64,000 bases of DNA from an uncultured Chloroflexia bacterium (GCA_963776545.1 CAVZND010000013.1:140496-204495); one strand, 5' to 3'. Shown: positions 9,455 through 18,901, counted from the stretch's first letter. The notes: a model not told the origin generated them from the sequence alone. Made by a program: numbers and translations.

Positions 9455-10261
9455 GTGCCTGGTGCCGACGACACCCGACTCGATGGCCGCCGCGCGCTCG
9501 TGACCGGTGCCGGGGTCGGCATCGGCCGGGCGATCGCGGTCCGCCTTGCCGAGCGCGGCGCCTCGGTCGCCCTCCATCACCACGGCCACGCCGCCGACGC
9601 CGAGGCGACCGCCGCGGGCATCACCGCCGCCGGCGGGTCAGCCGTCGGCCTCGCCGCGGACTTGGCCGTTCCCGGGGCCGCCACGGACCTCGTCGCTCGC
9701 GCGATCGGGGCCCTCGGCGGCCTCGACATCCTCGTGAACAACGCGGGCCGGACCGACGCGCGGCCGTTCGACGACGTCGATCCCGAGGCGTTCGATGCGC
9801 TCGTCCGGCTCAACCTCGGCTCGGCGTTCTTCGCCGCCGCCGCGGCCCGGCCGGCCCTCGCTGGCTCGGGCCACGGGGTCATCGTGAACATGACCTCGGT
9901 GCTGGCCAGCCACGGCGCCACCGACCACGTCCTGTATGCCGCGACGAAGGGCGCACTCGTCGCGATGACGCGGTCGCTCGCCATGGAGCTCGCGCCGGAC
10001 GGGATCCGCGTGCTAGCCGTGGGCCCGGGGCTCGTCGAGGTGCCGCGCTACTTCGAGGATCCGACCTATGCCACGGAACGAGGTGACCGAGTCGTCCCGA
10101 TCGGTCGCGTCGGACAGCCCGAAGACGTCGCGGCCCTGGTCGCGTTCCTCGTCTCCGACACGGCGTCGTGGATGACCGGGACCGTCGTCTGGATCGACGG
10201 CGGGACCACGGCGCAGCTCGATCTCGGTGAGCTCCGACCGGCCGTCAAGCGGCGCGACTGA
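9455..10261 (+). CDS. SDR family oxidoreductase
   Basis: TGAGVGIG dinucleotide-binding motif, NNAG motif and YAATKGAL (YxxxK) catalytic motif. Confidence 0.85.
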   Translation: MPGADDTRLDGRRALVTGAGVGIGRAIAVRLAERGASVALHHHGHAADAEATAAGITAAGGSAVGLAADLAVPGAATDLVARAIGALGGLDILVNNAGRTDARPFDDVDPEAFDALVRLNLGSAFFAAAAARPALAGSGHGVIVNMTSVLASHGATDHVLYAATKGALVAMTRSLAMELAPDGIRVLAVGPGLVEVPRYFEDPTYATERGDRVVPIGRVGQPEDVAALVAFLVSDTASWMTGTVVWIDGGTTAQLDLGELRPAVKRRD

Positions 10262-10287
10262 ACCGCCGTCGGGCCAGATCCTCGTCC

Positions 10288-11124
10288 TCAGGCGAGGTCC
10301 AGGGCCTGGAGCACCTCGGGCCACAAAGCCGCGTATCCGAGGATGACCCCGCCGGTCAGCGCCAGCCGCCCGGCCCACACCAGGATCGGCGGCCGTCCGG
10401 GTCGGCCGAAGAGGCGGAGGACCCACCACGCCACCGTCACCAGCCCAAGGGACACGAACGTGATCCCGACGGGCTGCACCACCCCCTCGTCGAAGACGAT
10501 GAGCATGAAGTTGATCGGCAGGGTCAGCAGGCCGAGGACGGTGACGATCGCGTACATCGGCGTCACGCGCCCCTGACCGGGTTCGAGGTGCGGCATCCGA
10601 CGTTCGAGCCAGTCGTCGACGAGCGCGAACACGAATCCGCAGATCCCGACCAGCGCGATGAGCAGGGCGACGACGATCGGATCGAAGTGCAGCAGCAGGA
10701 AGTCGGGGTTGTCCCCCTCGATCAGCCCAGGTCCCGCGATCGCTATGGCGATCGGCATGGCGAGCACCGCGCGGGCCAGGCCGGTCCGAGGGATCCACGG
10801 CGAGATGGCGACCCAGATCGTGCCGGCTTGCAGCCCGGCGATCACGCCGCCGAGGACGAGCGCGATCGTCCCGCCGACCGTGATGTCGCCGATCCGGTTG
10901 CCGTTCGAGGTGAACCCCCCGACCGTGTCAGGGAGCAACAGTGCGTCCAGCCGCATCACGATCCGCGCTCCGACGCCGCCGAACACGCCGAGCAGGATCC
11001 CGGCCAGGCCGCCGCGCGAGATGTCGCGCAGGATCTCGTCGATCCGCGACACGGGCGGGGCGTCGGCGACGAGCGGTAACGTCGCGAACGCGGTGCCCAC
11101 GGGGTGGGCCGACGGACGGTCCAC
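10288..11124 (-). CDS. hypothetical polytopic membrane protein
   Basis: Gly/Ile/Leu-rich TM segments with high GC3. I chose GTG 11124, one nt after the stop of the upstream gene, over the tracked start at 11211. No family recognised. Confidence 0.5.
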   Translation of the reverse strand: MDRPSAHPVGTAFATLPLVADAPPVSRIDEILRDISRGGLAGILLGVFGGVGARIVMRLDALLLPDTVGGFTSNGNRIGDITVGGTIALVLGGVIAGLQAGTIWVAISPWIPRTGLARAVLAMPIAIAIAGPGLIEGDNPDFLLLHFDPIVVALLIALVGICGFVFALVDDWLERRMPHLEPGQGRVTPMYAIVTVLGLLTLPINFMLIVFDEGVVQPVGITFVSLGLVTVAWWVLRLFGRPGRPPILVWAGRLALTGGVILGYAALWPEVLQALDLA

Positions 11125-11125
11125 G

Positions 11126-11728
11126 TCAGGCCGGCGTGGACGCCGATCCGGCCGTCGGTTCGGCGGGCTGGCGCACGCGCTCGGGGATCCCCGCGGCCGC
11201 GCTCGCGACACCCCAGATGAGGCCGACGATCAAGCCGCTGAACAGGTGGTCGGTCGACCAGCCGATCGGCGTCTCCTCCCACGGAAGGCCCATCCGGTTG
11301 GTGGCCTCGTTGGCGACGTACAGGGCGACCGCCCAGGCCACGCCGATCACGATCGCCGGCACCGGTCGGCGGTCACGGATCGCCCAGACGTACGCGGCGG
11401 CCATCGCCAGCCCGCTCAGGGCCGAGACGCCGACACTGGTGATCGCGTCCGGCCCGCCATCGTGAAGCGCGTGGGTGAGGCCGATACCGACGCCCATCCA
11501 GAGCACGAGCCGGGCCCCTTCCCGGCCTTGGAGCCCCAGGCCGGCCGATTGTGCCAGGCCGACGACCGCGCCCGAGACGAACCCGATCAGGCCGCCGAAG
11601 ATCGTGGCCGACACGTCCCATTCGGAGAGCCCGCCGAAGCTCCCCGGGAAGTGGAAGATGAACCCGCCGACGGCCAGGCCGAGCGTCGTCGTGAGGACCC
11701 AGATCGCGCTGCGTGCTGCCATCCCCAT
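11126..11728 (-). CDS. hypothetical membrane protein
   Basis: 200-aa protein with about 6 predicted TM stretches. GGAGGA lies 6 nt upstream of the start at 11728. No family recognised. Confidence 0.55.
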   Translation of the reverse strand: MGMAARSAIWVLTTTLGLAVGGFIFHFPGSFGGLSEWDVSATIFGGLIGFVSGAVVGLAQSAGLGLQGREGARLVLWMGVGIGLTHALHDGGPDAITSVGVSALSGLAMAAAYVWAIRDRRPVPAIVIGVAWAVALYVANEATNRMGLPWEETPIGWSTDHLFSGLIVGLIWGVASAAAGIPERVRQPAEPTAGSASTPA

Positions 11729-11751
11729 CGCCGAGTTCCTCCGCTGGCCGC

Positions 11752-11770
11752 TATATCGTGATGCGATATA
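11752..11770. promoter_or_regulatory. perfect AT-rich palindrome TATATCG-TGATG-CGATATA
   Basis: It lies 24..42 nt upstream of the start codon at 11728, just before the GGAGGA SD. Confidence 0.45.
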
Positions 11771-11818
11771 TACGCGGCGCCAGGACCGGTGTCAAGGGCC
11801 GGCCCTGACCGGCGGCGG

Positions 11819-13087
11819 TCAGCCGGCCGGCAGCGCTACCACGAAGCGGGAGCTCGCGAACCCGTTCGGCTCGAGGTAGATGCGGCCGCCCATCGCGGTC
11901 ATCAACCGGCGAGCCGCGAACAGCCCGATCCCGGACCCGCGGCTGCCGCCCCCACCGCCGATCCGGACGAACGGCTCGAACACGCTCTCCCAGTCCTCGC
12001 GCGGGACGCCGGGTCCGTCGTCGGTGATGTAGACCTGGATCTCGTCGCCGAGGTGCCACACGCCGATGCTCACGCCGTCGGCGCTCGGCGCGTACTTCGA
12101 CTCGTTCTCGAGGATCTGCTCGAGGACCTGGCGGAACCGGCTCTCGTCGCCGATCGCGACGATCGAGCCCTCCGGTCGCTGCCAGCGGATCGGATGCGGC
12201 CGCAGGAGCAGGCGCAGCGTCTCGACGGTCTCGTCGACGGCCGCGACCGCGTCGAACGGCGCCCGCGAGAGCCCGGTCAGGCCTTCGCCCCGGACCGACG
12301 CCAGGATCGAGTCCACGAGCCGGTCGAGGCGGCCGAGCTGGTCGAGAGCCGCGGAACGCCAGGCCGCGGGGTCGCTTGGGTCGGCCGGTGGTGTCTCGCC
12401 GGTCGCGGCATCGGCGAGGAGGTCGACATAGACGCGGACCACCGACAACGGGGTTCGCAGTTCGTGCGTCACGACCGAGAGGAGTTCCGCCCGCGCGGCA
12501 TCAAGGGCGGTCAGCTGGGCGAGCCGGGCCTCGACCTCGGCCGTCAGGCGTCCCTTCTCGACGATGCCCGCGAGGAGGGCCGCGATGGTGCGCAGGAACT
12601 CGATCTCGTCGCGTCCGAACTCGCGGATCTCGCGCGTCTGGACGTTGAGCACGCCGACGACCCGGTCGTGCCACTCGAGCGGCACCGAGAGCATGCCCGA
12701 CAGCCCTTCGATATCGAAGCCGCGGACCCAGGCGAAGCGGGGATCGACCGTCACGTCGGGAACGGCGATCGGCTGGCGGGTGGCGGCGACCCGGCCGGTG
12801 ATGCCCTGGCCCCACTCGAGGCTGACCTTGCCGACCTGGGAGCGATCGAGGCCATTGGTGGCGGCGAGGGTGAGGCGGACGTGTTCGTGGTCGGCGAGGT
12901 AGAACGAGCAGACCTCGACGCCCATCGCCGCGGTCGTTCCATCGATGATCGAGCGCATCAACTCGTCCCAGTCACGGGCCTGCGTCGCGAGGCTCGCGAT
13001 CTCGTGGAGGAATGCGAGTTCCTGGATCTGGAGTCGGTCGGGCGCGTCGGGCTGCCGTTCCGCGTCGTGGGTCATCGGATGAATCAT
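11819..13087 (-). CDS. GAF-domain sensor histidine kinase (cytoplasmic)
   Basis: GAF region (GITGRVAATRQPIAVPDV...VGVLNVQT), H-box VTHELRTPLSVV and HATPase N/G boxes. I chose ATG 13087; the tracked start 13216 would overlap argG. Confidence 0.85.
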   Translation of the reverse strand: MIHPMTHDAERQPDAPDRLQIQELAFLHEIASLATQARDWDELMRSIIDGTTAAMGVEVCSFYLADHEHVRLTLAATNGLDRSQVGKVSLEWGQGITGRVAATRQPIAVPDVTVDPRFAWVRGFDIEGLSGMLSVPLEWHDRVVGVLNVQTREIREFGRDEIEFLRTIAALLAGIVEKGRLTAEVEARLAQLTALDAARAELLSVVTHELRTPLSVVRVYVDLLADAATGETPPADPSDPAAWRSAALDQLGRLDRLVDSILASVRGEGLTGLSRAPFDAVAAVDETVETLRLLLRPHPIRWQRPEGSIVAIGDESRFRQVLEQILENESKYAPSADGVSIGVWHLGDEIQVYITDDGPGVPREDWESVFEPFVRIGGGGGSRGSGIGLFAARRLMTAMGGRIYLEPNGFASSRFVVALPAG

Positions 13088-13149
13088 GGCGCATCGCCGC
13101 GTCGGCGGTGCCGTGGCGTCCGGCGGGATGCCGTCGGACGTATCGCGCG

Positions 13150-14433
13150 CTAGACCGCGGCGGGCTCCGGGTCGGTGACGGTCGTCGGCAGGTTCTCCAG
13201 GAGCGGGTCGGTCCACGACCAGGCCGCGCCATGTCGCGCGCCGACCGCGCCATGTCGAGCGGCCTCCACGCGCAGCGGCAGCCCGAAGATCTCGATGAAC
13301 CCGACGGCGGAGGCGTGATCGAACGCGTCGCCCTCGTCATAGGTCGCGAGGCTCTTGTCGTAGAGCGACAGCGGCGAGCGCCGCCCGACCACGATCGCCT
13401 GGCCGTGATCGAGCCGGATGCGCACCTCGCCCGACACGACGCGCTGCGACGACGCCACGTACCCGCGCAGGTCGCGCGACAGGGCGCTGAACCACAGCCC
13501 GTCGTAGATGAGGCGAGCCAGCTCGTCGGCCACGAACCGGTCGAACCGGAGCGTGTCGCGCGACAGCGTCAGCCCTTCGAGGGCATGGTGCGCGGCGTGC
13601 AGGATCGTGGCCGCGGGCGTCTCGTAGATCTCGCGGCTCTTGATGCCGACGAGCCGGTCCTCGACGTGGTCGATGCGGCCCACGCCGTGGGCCCCACCAA
13701 GCGCATGGACCCGTTCGACGAGCTCGACCGCCGGCAGCCGCTCACCGTCAAGGGCGACCGGGATGCCGCCTTCGAACTCGATGACGATCTCGACGGGATC
13801 CGGGGCGTCCGACGGCGCCACGGTCCACTCGTAGGCATCGGGAGGCGGCGTGACCCAGGGGTCCTCGAGGACGCCGGTCTCGCACGATCGGCCCCACATG
13901 TTCACGTCGATCGAGTAGGGCGACGCCTTGGTGATCGGGATCTCGATGCCCCGCTCGTTCGCGTAGTCGATCTCCTGGTCGCGGGTCAGGCCCATCCCGA
14001 CGCGCATCGGGGCGATCACCTCGAGCCCCGGATCGAGGGCGTGGGTAGCGACGTCGAAGCGGACCTGGTCGTTGCCCTTGCCGGTGCAACCGTGGGCGAC
14101 CGCGTCGGCCTTCTCGCGCGCCGCGACCTCGACGAGGAGCTGCGCGATCAACGGGCGGGCCAGGGCGGTGGCCAGCGGGTACGCGCCCTGATACAGCGCG
14201 TTCGCCTGGAGGTGCGGCCAGACGAAGTCGGTGACGAACCGCTCCCGTGCATCGACCACGTACGCGCGCGACGCGCCGGCCGACATCGCCCGGCGCTCGA
14301 CCCCCTCGCGCAGGGAGCCGCCGCCGAGGTCGACGGTGAGGGTCACGACCTCCGCGTCGTACTGCTCCTTGAGCCAGGAGACGGCGACCGACGTGTCGAG
14401 TCCACCTGAATACGCGAGGACGACCTTCTTCAC
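13150..14433 (-). CDS. argG: argininosuccinate synthase
   Basis: KKVVLAYSGGLDTS ATP-binding motif. GTG 14433 has GGAGG 11 nt upstream and avoids overlap with argR. Confidence 0.95.
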   Translation of the reverse strand: MKKVVLAYSGGLDTSVAVSWLKEQYDAEVVTLTVDLGGGSLREGVERRAMSAGASRAYVVDARERFVTDFVWPHLQANALYQGAYPLATALARPLIAQLLVEVAAREKADAVAHGCTGKGNDQVRFDVATHALDPGLEVIAPMRVGMGLTRDQEIDYANERGIEIPITKASPYSIDVNMWGRSCETGVLEDPWVTPPPDAYEWTVAPSDAPDPVEIVIEFEGGIPVALDGERLPAVELVERVHALGGAHGVGRIDHVEDRLVGIKSREIYETPAATILHAAHHALEGLTLSRDTLRFDRFVADELARLIYDGLWFSALSRDLRGYVASSQRVVSGEVRIRLDHGQAIVVGRRSPLSLYDKSLATYDEGDAFDHASAVGFIEIFGLPLRVEAARHGAVGARHGAAWSWTDPLLENLPTTVTDPEPAAV

Positions 14434-14452
14434 GGGACTCTGGACCTCCGGA

Positions 14453-14983
14453 TCAATGGCTGCGGGCACCGCCGACGGCCGGGGTGGCCGGCGACGCCCC
14501 GGTCGCGATGGCGTTGAAGCGATCGAGCCAGCGCTCGAGGCGTCGCTCGTCGGCGAAGAGGACGAGGAGGGTATTGTCGCCCGCGAGCGTGCCTTCCTGT
14601 TCCCGCAGGGTCGACTCGTCGATGGCCTGGGCGATGACGCTGGCAGTGCCTGGCGTCCCGGTCAGGACGAGGATCAGGCCGCTCCGGCCGATCGTGACGG
14701 GGATGTCGGCGAGGATGCGGGCGAGGCGCTCGTCCGACACCGACGGCGTGCGGCCATTGGCGGAGCCGATGTCCTCGGGCGTGACGTAGACGTGACCGTC
14801 GGCACGGGGCGCCTTCAGCAGGCCGAGCTCGGTGATGTCGCGTGAGACCGTCGCCTGGGTCACGGCGAAACCCTGTTCCGTCAGCGCGTCGACGAGTTCC
14901 CGTTGACTGCCGACCGGGCGTGCCAGGACGAGCTCGCGGATCGCCCGCTGGCGGAGTCGCTTGAGGTCCTGCGTGGCGGTCAC
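14453..14983 (-). CDS. argR: arginine repressor
   Basis: Winged-helix N-terminus (SQRELVDALTEQGFAVTQATVSRDITELGL) and a C-terminal oligomerisation domain (GTIAGDNT-like GTLAGDNTLLV). Confidence 0.9.
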   Translation of the reverse strand: MTATQDLKRLRQRAIRELVLARPVGSQRELVDALTEQGFAVTQATVSRDITELGLLKAPRADGHVYVTPEDIGSANGRTPSVSDERLARILADIPVTIGRSGLILVLTGTPGTASVIAQAIDESTLREQEGTLAGDNTLLVLFADERRLERWLDRFNAIATGASPATPAVGGARSH

Positions 14984-15002
14984 CTCGTTCCTTGTCCCAG
15001 GT

Positions 15003-15791
15003 CTACGCCGCGCCGACGCCGGCGGCCCGGCTCGACGTGATGCGGGTCCCGAAGGACTCGTCCGAGAGCGCCCGGGTCAGGGCGTTCGGGGCGGACGAGT
15101 CGGCGATGATCGCCTCGGCGCCCTCCCAGCCGAGCGCCCCGAGCGCGGCCCGGACCTTGGGCACCATCCCGCCCGCGATGACCCCGGACGCGATGAGCTG
15201 CTCGGCCTCGGCCACTGTCAACGTGTCGAGGCGCTGGCCGTCGGCGTCGCGCACGCCATCGACATCGGTCAGCAGGACGAGTTGGCGGGCACCGAGCCCG
15301 GCCGCGATGCCTGCGGCCACATCGTCGGCGTTGACGTTGCAGACGATCCCGTCCGCGTCCCGTGCGAGCGGCGCGACGACGGGCACCTGGCCACCGACGA
15401 GGATCGCGTCGAGCAGGTCGCGACGCAGGCCGACGACGCGCGCGACGAGCCCGAGGTCCGGGATCCGCTCGGCGATCAGCAGGCCGCCATCGACGCCAGA
15501 GAGTCCGACGGCATCGACGCCGAGGTCACGCAGGCCGGCGACCAGCTCGCTGTTGACCACGCCCCGGAGGACCGCGGCCGCCACCTCGAGCGACGCGGCA
15601 TCGGTCACGCGGAGGCCGCCTTCGAACCGCGACGGCACGCCCAGCCGCTCGAGCCACTCGGTGATGCGCTTCCCGCCACCGTGGACCAGCACCACGGGAC
15701 GTCGGCGCGCGACCGCGGCCACTTCCTCGAGCACCTGGCTCTGCTCCGCGATCGTCGTCCCGCCCAGCTTGACGACGAGGATCTCAGACAT
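15003..15791 (-). CDS. argB: acetylglutamate kinase
   Basis: VVKLGGT and LVHGGG amino-acid-kinase motifs. Confidence 0.9.
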   Translation of the reverse strand: MSEILVVKLGGTTIAEQSQVLEEVAAVARRRPVVLVHGGGKRITEWLERLGVPSRFEGGLRVTDAASLEVAAAVLRGVVNSELVAGLRDLGVDAVGLSGVDGGLLIAERIPDLGLVARVVGLRRDLLDAILVGGQVPVVAPLARDADGIVCNVNADDVAAGIAAGLGARQLVLLTDVDGVRDADGQRLDTLTVAEAEQLIASGVIAGGMVPKVRAALGALGWEGAEAIIADSSAPNALTRALSDESFGTRITSSRAAGVGAA

Positions 15792-15815
15792 CGGTCGCCA
15801 CCCGCGCGCGTTCGC

Positions 15816-17192
15816 TCATGTCGTGTATTCCGAGTTTTCGATCACGTAGGCCTCGGTGAGGTCGCACCCGAACGCTTCGCCGACACCCTCGCCCAGGCCG
15901 AGGTCGAGCGTGACGACCACCTCGGGCGACGTCATCGCGACCCGGGCGGCGTCCCGGTCGAACGCGATCGGCCCGCCGGCAGCGCCATCGAAGACGGGAT
16001 GGCCGGCGATGGCGATGCGCAATCGCGCCGGATCGAGCCGGGCGGCCGTTCCGGCCCGGCGCGCCGCATCCGCGGCGGAGATCCCGGACGCCTCGAGGAC
16101 CGCGGCATCGGCCAGTCGCGCGTTGCCGGCCGCGCCCGCGATCCGGCCCCAGTTGGGGTCACGGCCGTGGGCGGCCGCCTTGACCAGGCTGGACGACACG
16201 ACCGCTCGGGCAACGGCCCGTGCCTCGGCGTCATCGGCCGCACCGGTCACCACGGCCGTGATGAGCGTCGCGGCCCCCTCGCCGTCGGCGGCCTGCTGTC
16301 GCGCCAGGTCCCGGGCCACCGCCTCGATGGCCGCGCCCAGGGTGGTCGCCTCCGGGCTCCCGTCGCGAACGGGAGCGGCCCCCGACGCGCCCGAGGCGAG
16401 GACGAAGACCGTGTCGTTCGTGCTCGTGTCGCCATCGACGCTGAGCTGGTTCCAGGTCCGTGCCGCGGCCGGTCGCAGGAGTCCCCAGAGGGTCTCGGGC
16501 GCGGCGCTCGCATCGGTCAGCATGACCGCCAGCATCGTGGCCATCCGGGGATGGATCATCCCGACGCCCTTGGCGATGCCACTGACCGTCACGGTGACGG
16601 GCCGGCCGTCGGGGTCGGGCAGGGTGACCGAGGTCGTCGCCGCCTTCGTGACCGAGTCGGTCGTCCGCAGGGCGGTCGCCATCGCGTCGAGTCCGGTGTC
16701 GGTCGGATCGAGCGTCGGCACGATCGAGGCGATGCCGGCCGAGACGCGGTCCAGCGGCAATCGGGTCCCGATGACACCGGTCGAGAGGTGGAGCGTCAGC
16801 TCCTCCGAGATCCCGACCGCCTCGGCGAGGGTCGTCGCGATCGCGCGTTGGTCGGCGTCGCCGGCATCGCCCGTGGCCGCGTTCGCCGAGCCACTCGTCG
16901 AGATCACCGCCTGGGCCCAGCCGAACCCGGCCCGCGGATCGCCCGACGTCCGCGCCAGGTGTTCCTGCGACAGTCGGACGGGCGCGGCCGCGAACGCGTT
17001 CGGGGTGAAGACCGCGGCCGCCGCGGCCGGTCCGTTCGTCGCGACGAGGACCGCGAGGTCCGGCCGACCCGAGGCCTTGATCCCGGCGATGAGTCCATTC
17101 GCCCGGAAGCCGCCCGGCATGGTCGACCGACGCTCGACCGACGGGAGCCGCTCCGACGGCGACTGGACCGGGGACGGATGCACGGTCGTCAT
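15816..17192 (-). CDS. argJ: bifunctional glutamate N-acetyltransferase / amino-acid acetyltransferase
   Basis: GFRANGLIAGIK N-terminus and the autoproteolysis region ATMLAVMLTDA. Its ATG overlaps the argC stop (ATGA). Confidence 0.95.
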   Translation of the reverse strand: MTTVHPSPVQSPSERLPSVERRSTMPGGFRANGLIAGIKASGRPDLAVLVATNGPAAAAAVFTPNAFAAAPVRLSQEHLARTSGDPRAGFGWAQAVISTSGSANAATGDAGDADQRAIATTLAEAVGISEELTLHLSTGVIGTRLPLDRVSAGIASIVPTLDPTDTGLDAMATALRTTDSVTKAATTSVTLPDPDGRPVTVTVSGIAKGVGMIHPRMATMLAVMLTDASAAPETLWGLLRPAAARTWNQLSVDGDTSTNDTVFVLASGASGAAPVRDGSPEATTLGAAIEAVARDLARQQAADGEGAATLITAVVTGAADDAEARAVARAVVSSSLVKAAAHGRDPNWGRIAGAAGNARLADAAVLEASGISAADAARRAGTAARLDPARLRIAIAGHPVFDGAAGGPIAFDRDAARVAMTSPEVVVTLDLGLGEGVGEAFGCDLTEAYVIENSEYTT

Positions 17193-18313
17193 GGCGCCAG
17201 TGGCAACTGCAGCAGGCCGGTCGTCTCCGGCAGGCCATGCACGAGGTTGAACGACTGGACGGCCTGGCCGGCGGCGCCCTTGACGAGGTTGTCCTCGACC
17301 CCGATGACGAGCACGCGTCCGATCCGCTCGTCGAGCCGGACGTGGATCCGGACCTCGTTGCTGCCGGTGACGTGCTTGGTGGCCGGCGGCGTCGCGACGA
17401 CCGTGACGAACGGCTCGTCCGCGTACGCGGCGGCATAGAGCGCATCCAGCTCGGCCTGGGTGACCGGCCGCGTGGGACGGACGTGGTTGGTCGAGAGGAT
17501 CCCGCGGGTCATCGGGATCAGGTGCGGGAGGAAGTCGACCGCGGCCGCGCCGGGGTTCGCCCCGGGATCGAGGCCTTCGCGGCTTGCGACGTCGGCCAGT
17601 TCTTGTTCGATCTCGGCGACGTGGCGGTGGCCCCCGAGGCCGTACGCCTTCACGCTCTCGTTGACCTCGCCGAACATGAGCTCGGCCTTCGATTCGCGGC
17701 CCGCGCCGGAGACGCCGCTCTTCGCGTCGACGACGAGGTCGCCGATCAGCCCGGCCCGCGCCAGTGGCGCCAGCGCGAGGATCGTCGCGGTCGGGTAGCA
17801 GCCGGGTGACCCGACGATCGCGACCTCGGCATCGACCAGCGCCTCGAGCTCGACCCGGTGGAGCTCGGGCAGGCCGTATACGGCGCGCTCGAGCAGGTCG
17901 GGCCGAGGGTGCTCGAAGCCATACCAGCGCGGGTAGTCCGCGGGATCGTGCAGGCGGAAGTCGGGCCCGAGGTCGATCACCGCGGTGCCGGCCCCGATCA
18001 GCTCCGGGACCAGTGCGGCAGCGGTGCCGTGGGGGAGGGCCAGGAAGACGGCGTCGACCGGTGGGAGCGTGGAGTGGACGGCGAGCTCGGTCGTGCCCAG
18101 GTGCGGGTGGATCCCGCCGAGCGGGTCGCCGTCGCGGTCCCGCCCCTGGAGGCCGACCAGCGCGATGTTCGGGTGGCGGGCGAGGATCCGGACGAGTTCC
18201 GCACCGACGTACCCGGTCGCCCCGATGATGCCGACCCGGATCCGGCGTGGTCCGCCGCCGGGATCGACGCCGCGCAGCGAGCGGGGGCCTGGGGAAGGGT
18301 GGACCGCCGTCAT
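17189..18313 (-). CDS. argC: N-acetyl-gamma-glutamyl-phosphate reductase
   Basis: GATGYVGAEL NAD(P)-binding motif and GCYPT catalytic-Cys motif. I chose ATG 18313. The tracked TTG 18352 coincides with a -35-like hexamer. Confidence 0.9.
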   Translation of the reverse strand: MTAVHPSPGPRSLRGVDPGGGPRRIRVGIIGATGYVGAELVRILARHPNIALVGLQGRDRDGDPLGGIHPHLGTTELAVHSTLPPVDAVFLALPHGTAAALVPELIGAGTAVIDLGPDFRLHDPADYPRWYGFEHPRPDLLERAVYGLPELHRVELEALVDAEVAIVGSPGCYPTATILALAPLARAGLIGDLVVDAKSGVSGAGRESKAELMFGEVNESVKAYGLGGHRHVAEIEQELADVASREGLDPGANPGAAAVDFLPHLIPMTRGILSTNHVRPTRPVTQAELDALYAAAYADEPFVTVVATPPATKHVTGSNEVRIHVRLDERIGRVLVIGVEDNLVKGAAGQAVQSFNLVHGLPETTGLLQLPLAP

Positions 18314-18322
18314 GGTCGGATG

Positions 18323-18352
18323 ACTATACAGCCTCCCTGCATAGTCATGCAA
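18323..18352 (-). promoter_or_regulatory. sigma-70/SigA-type promoter of the argC operon: -35 TTGCAT (18352..18347), 18-nt spacer, -10 TATAGT (18328..18323), 9 nt to the ATG (leaderless-type)
   Basis: The minus strand reads TTGCATGACTATGCAGGGAGGCTGTATAGTCATCCGACCATG. Confidence 0.5.
18338..18351. promoter_or_regulatory. ARG-box-like palindrome TGCAT-N4-ATGCA overlapping the argC promoter
   Basis: Perfect 5+5 palindrome between the -35 and -10 elements. An argR gene lies in the same operon. Confidence 0.45.
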
Positions 18353-18373
18353 GCACTTGGCGCATCGCGCGCC

Positions 18374-18901
18374 TTACTTGTAGGCGATCGGCTCCACGAC
18401 GAGGGTGTTGGCCGAGCTCGCGCCGCGGGTCCAGATCCGCGTGACGAGGTCCGGCACCAGCCATCGGAGGAAGTACAGGCGGCAGCCCAGGCAGTAGCCG
18501 GTGACGGCGAGGAGTGATTGCAGGCCGGCGACCGCGAGCGCGAAGATCCACCCGAGCGTCGGCTGGCCGAGGATGAACGACACGAGCGACAGCGTGAGCG
18601 CGACCGAGCCGAGGACCTGCGCGAAGCGCGGCGGGTATTCATGCTCGGGCTCGGTCGGGCCGAGACGGGCGACCTTGACGATCCGGCGCCAGATCGCGCC
18701 ATAGATGGAGTAGCGCAGGCCGAACGCGGCGCTCGTCCCGATCGACAGCAGGACCAGGGCCACCAGCCAAGGGGTGTTCGTGACGAAGGCGATGATGAGC
18801 AGGACGGCCGACACGCCGGCACCGAAACGGTGGCCTCGCGGGTCGATCATCCGGGCGTTCGGCAGGCGGGCGGCGGCGTCGGCAGGAATGGCGGACGGCA
18901 T
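18374..18901 (-). CDS. DUF4395-like membrane protein
   Basis: Four TM segments and a C-terminal CLGC motif. AAGGAGA lies 8 nt upstream of the ATG. Confidence 0.7.
   Translation of the reverse strand: MPSAIPADAAARLPNARMIDPRGHRFGAGVSAVLLIIAFVTNTPWLVALVLLSIGTSAAFGLRYSIYGAIWRRIVKVARLGPTEPEHEYPPRFAQVLGSVALTLSLVSFILGQPTLGWIFALAVAGLQSLLAVTGYCLGCRLYFLRWLVPDLVTRIWTRGASSANTLVVEPIAYK

Noticed and set aside
11752-11770. A chromosome dimer resolution (dif) site, given the AT-rich palindrome near a plus-to-minus gene orientation switch at 10261..10288.
   Set aside because: The spacer is 5 nt rather than 6-8 nt. The arms lack the conserved ATAA/TTATG core of known XerC/D sites. Gene orientation switches many times in the window. 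The position just upstream of an SD fits an operator better.
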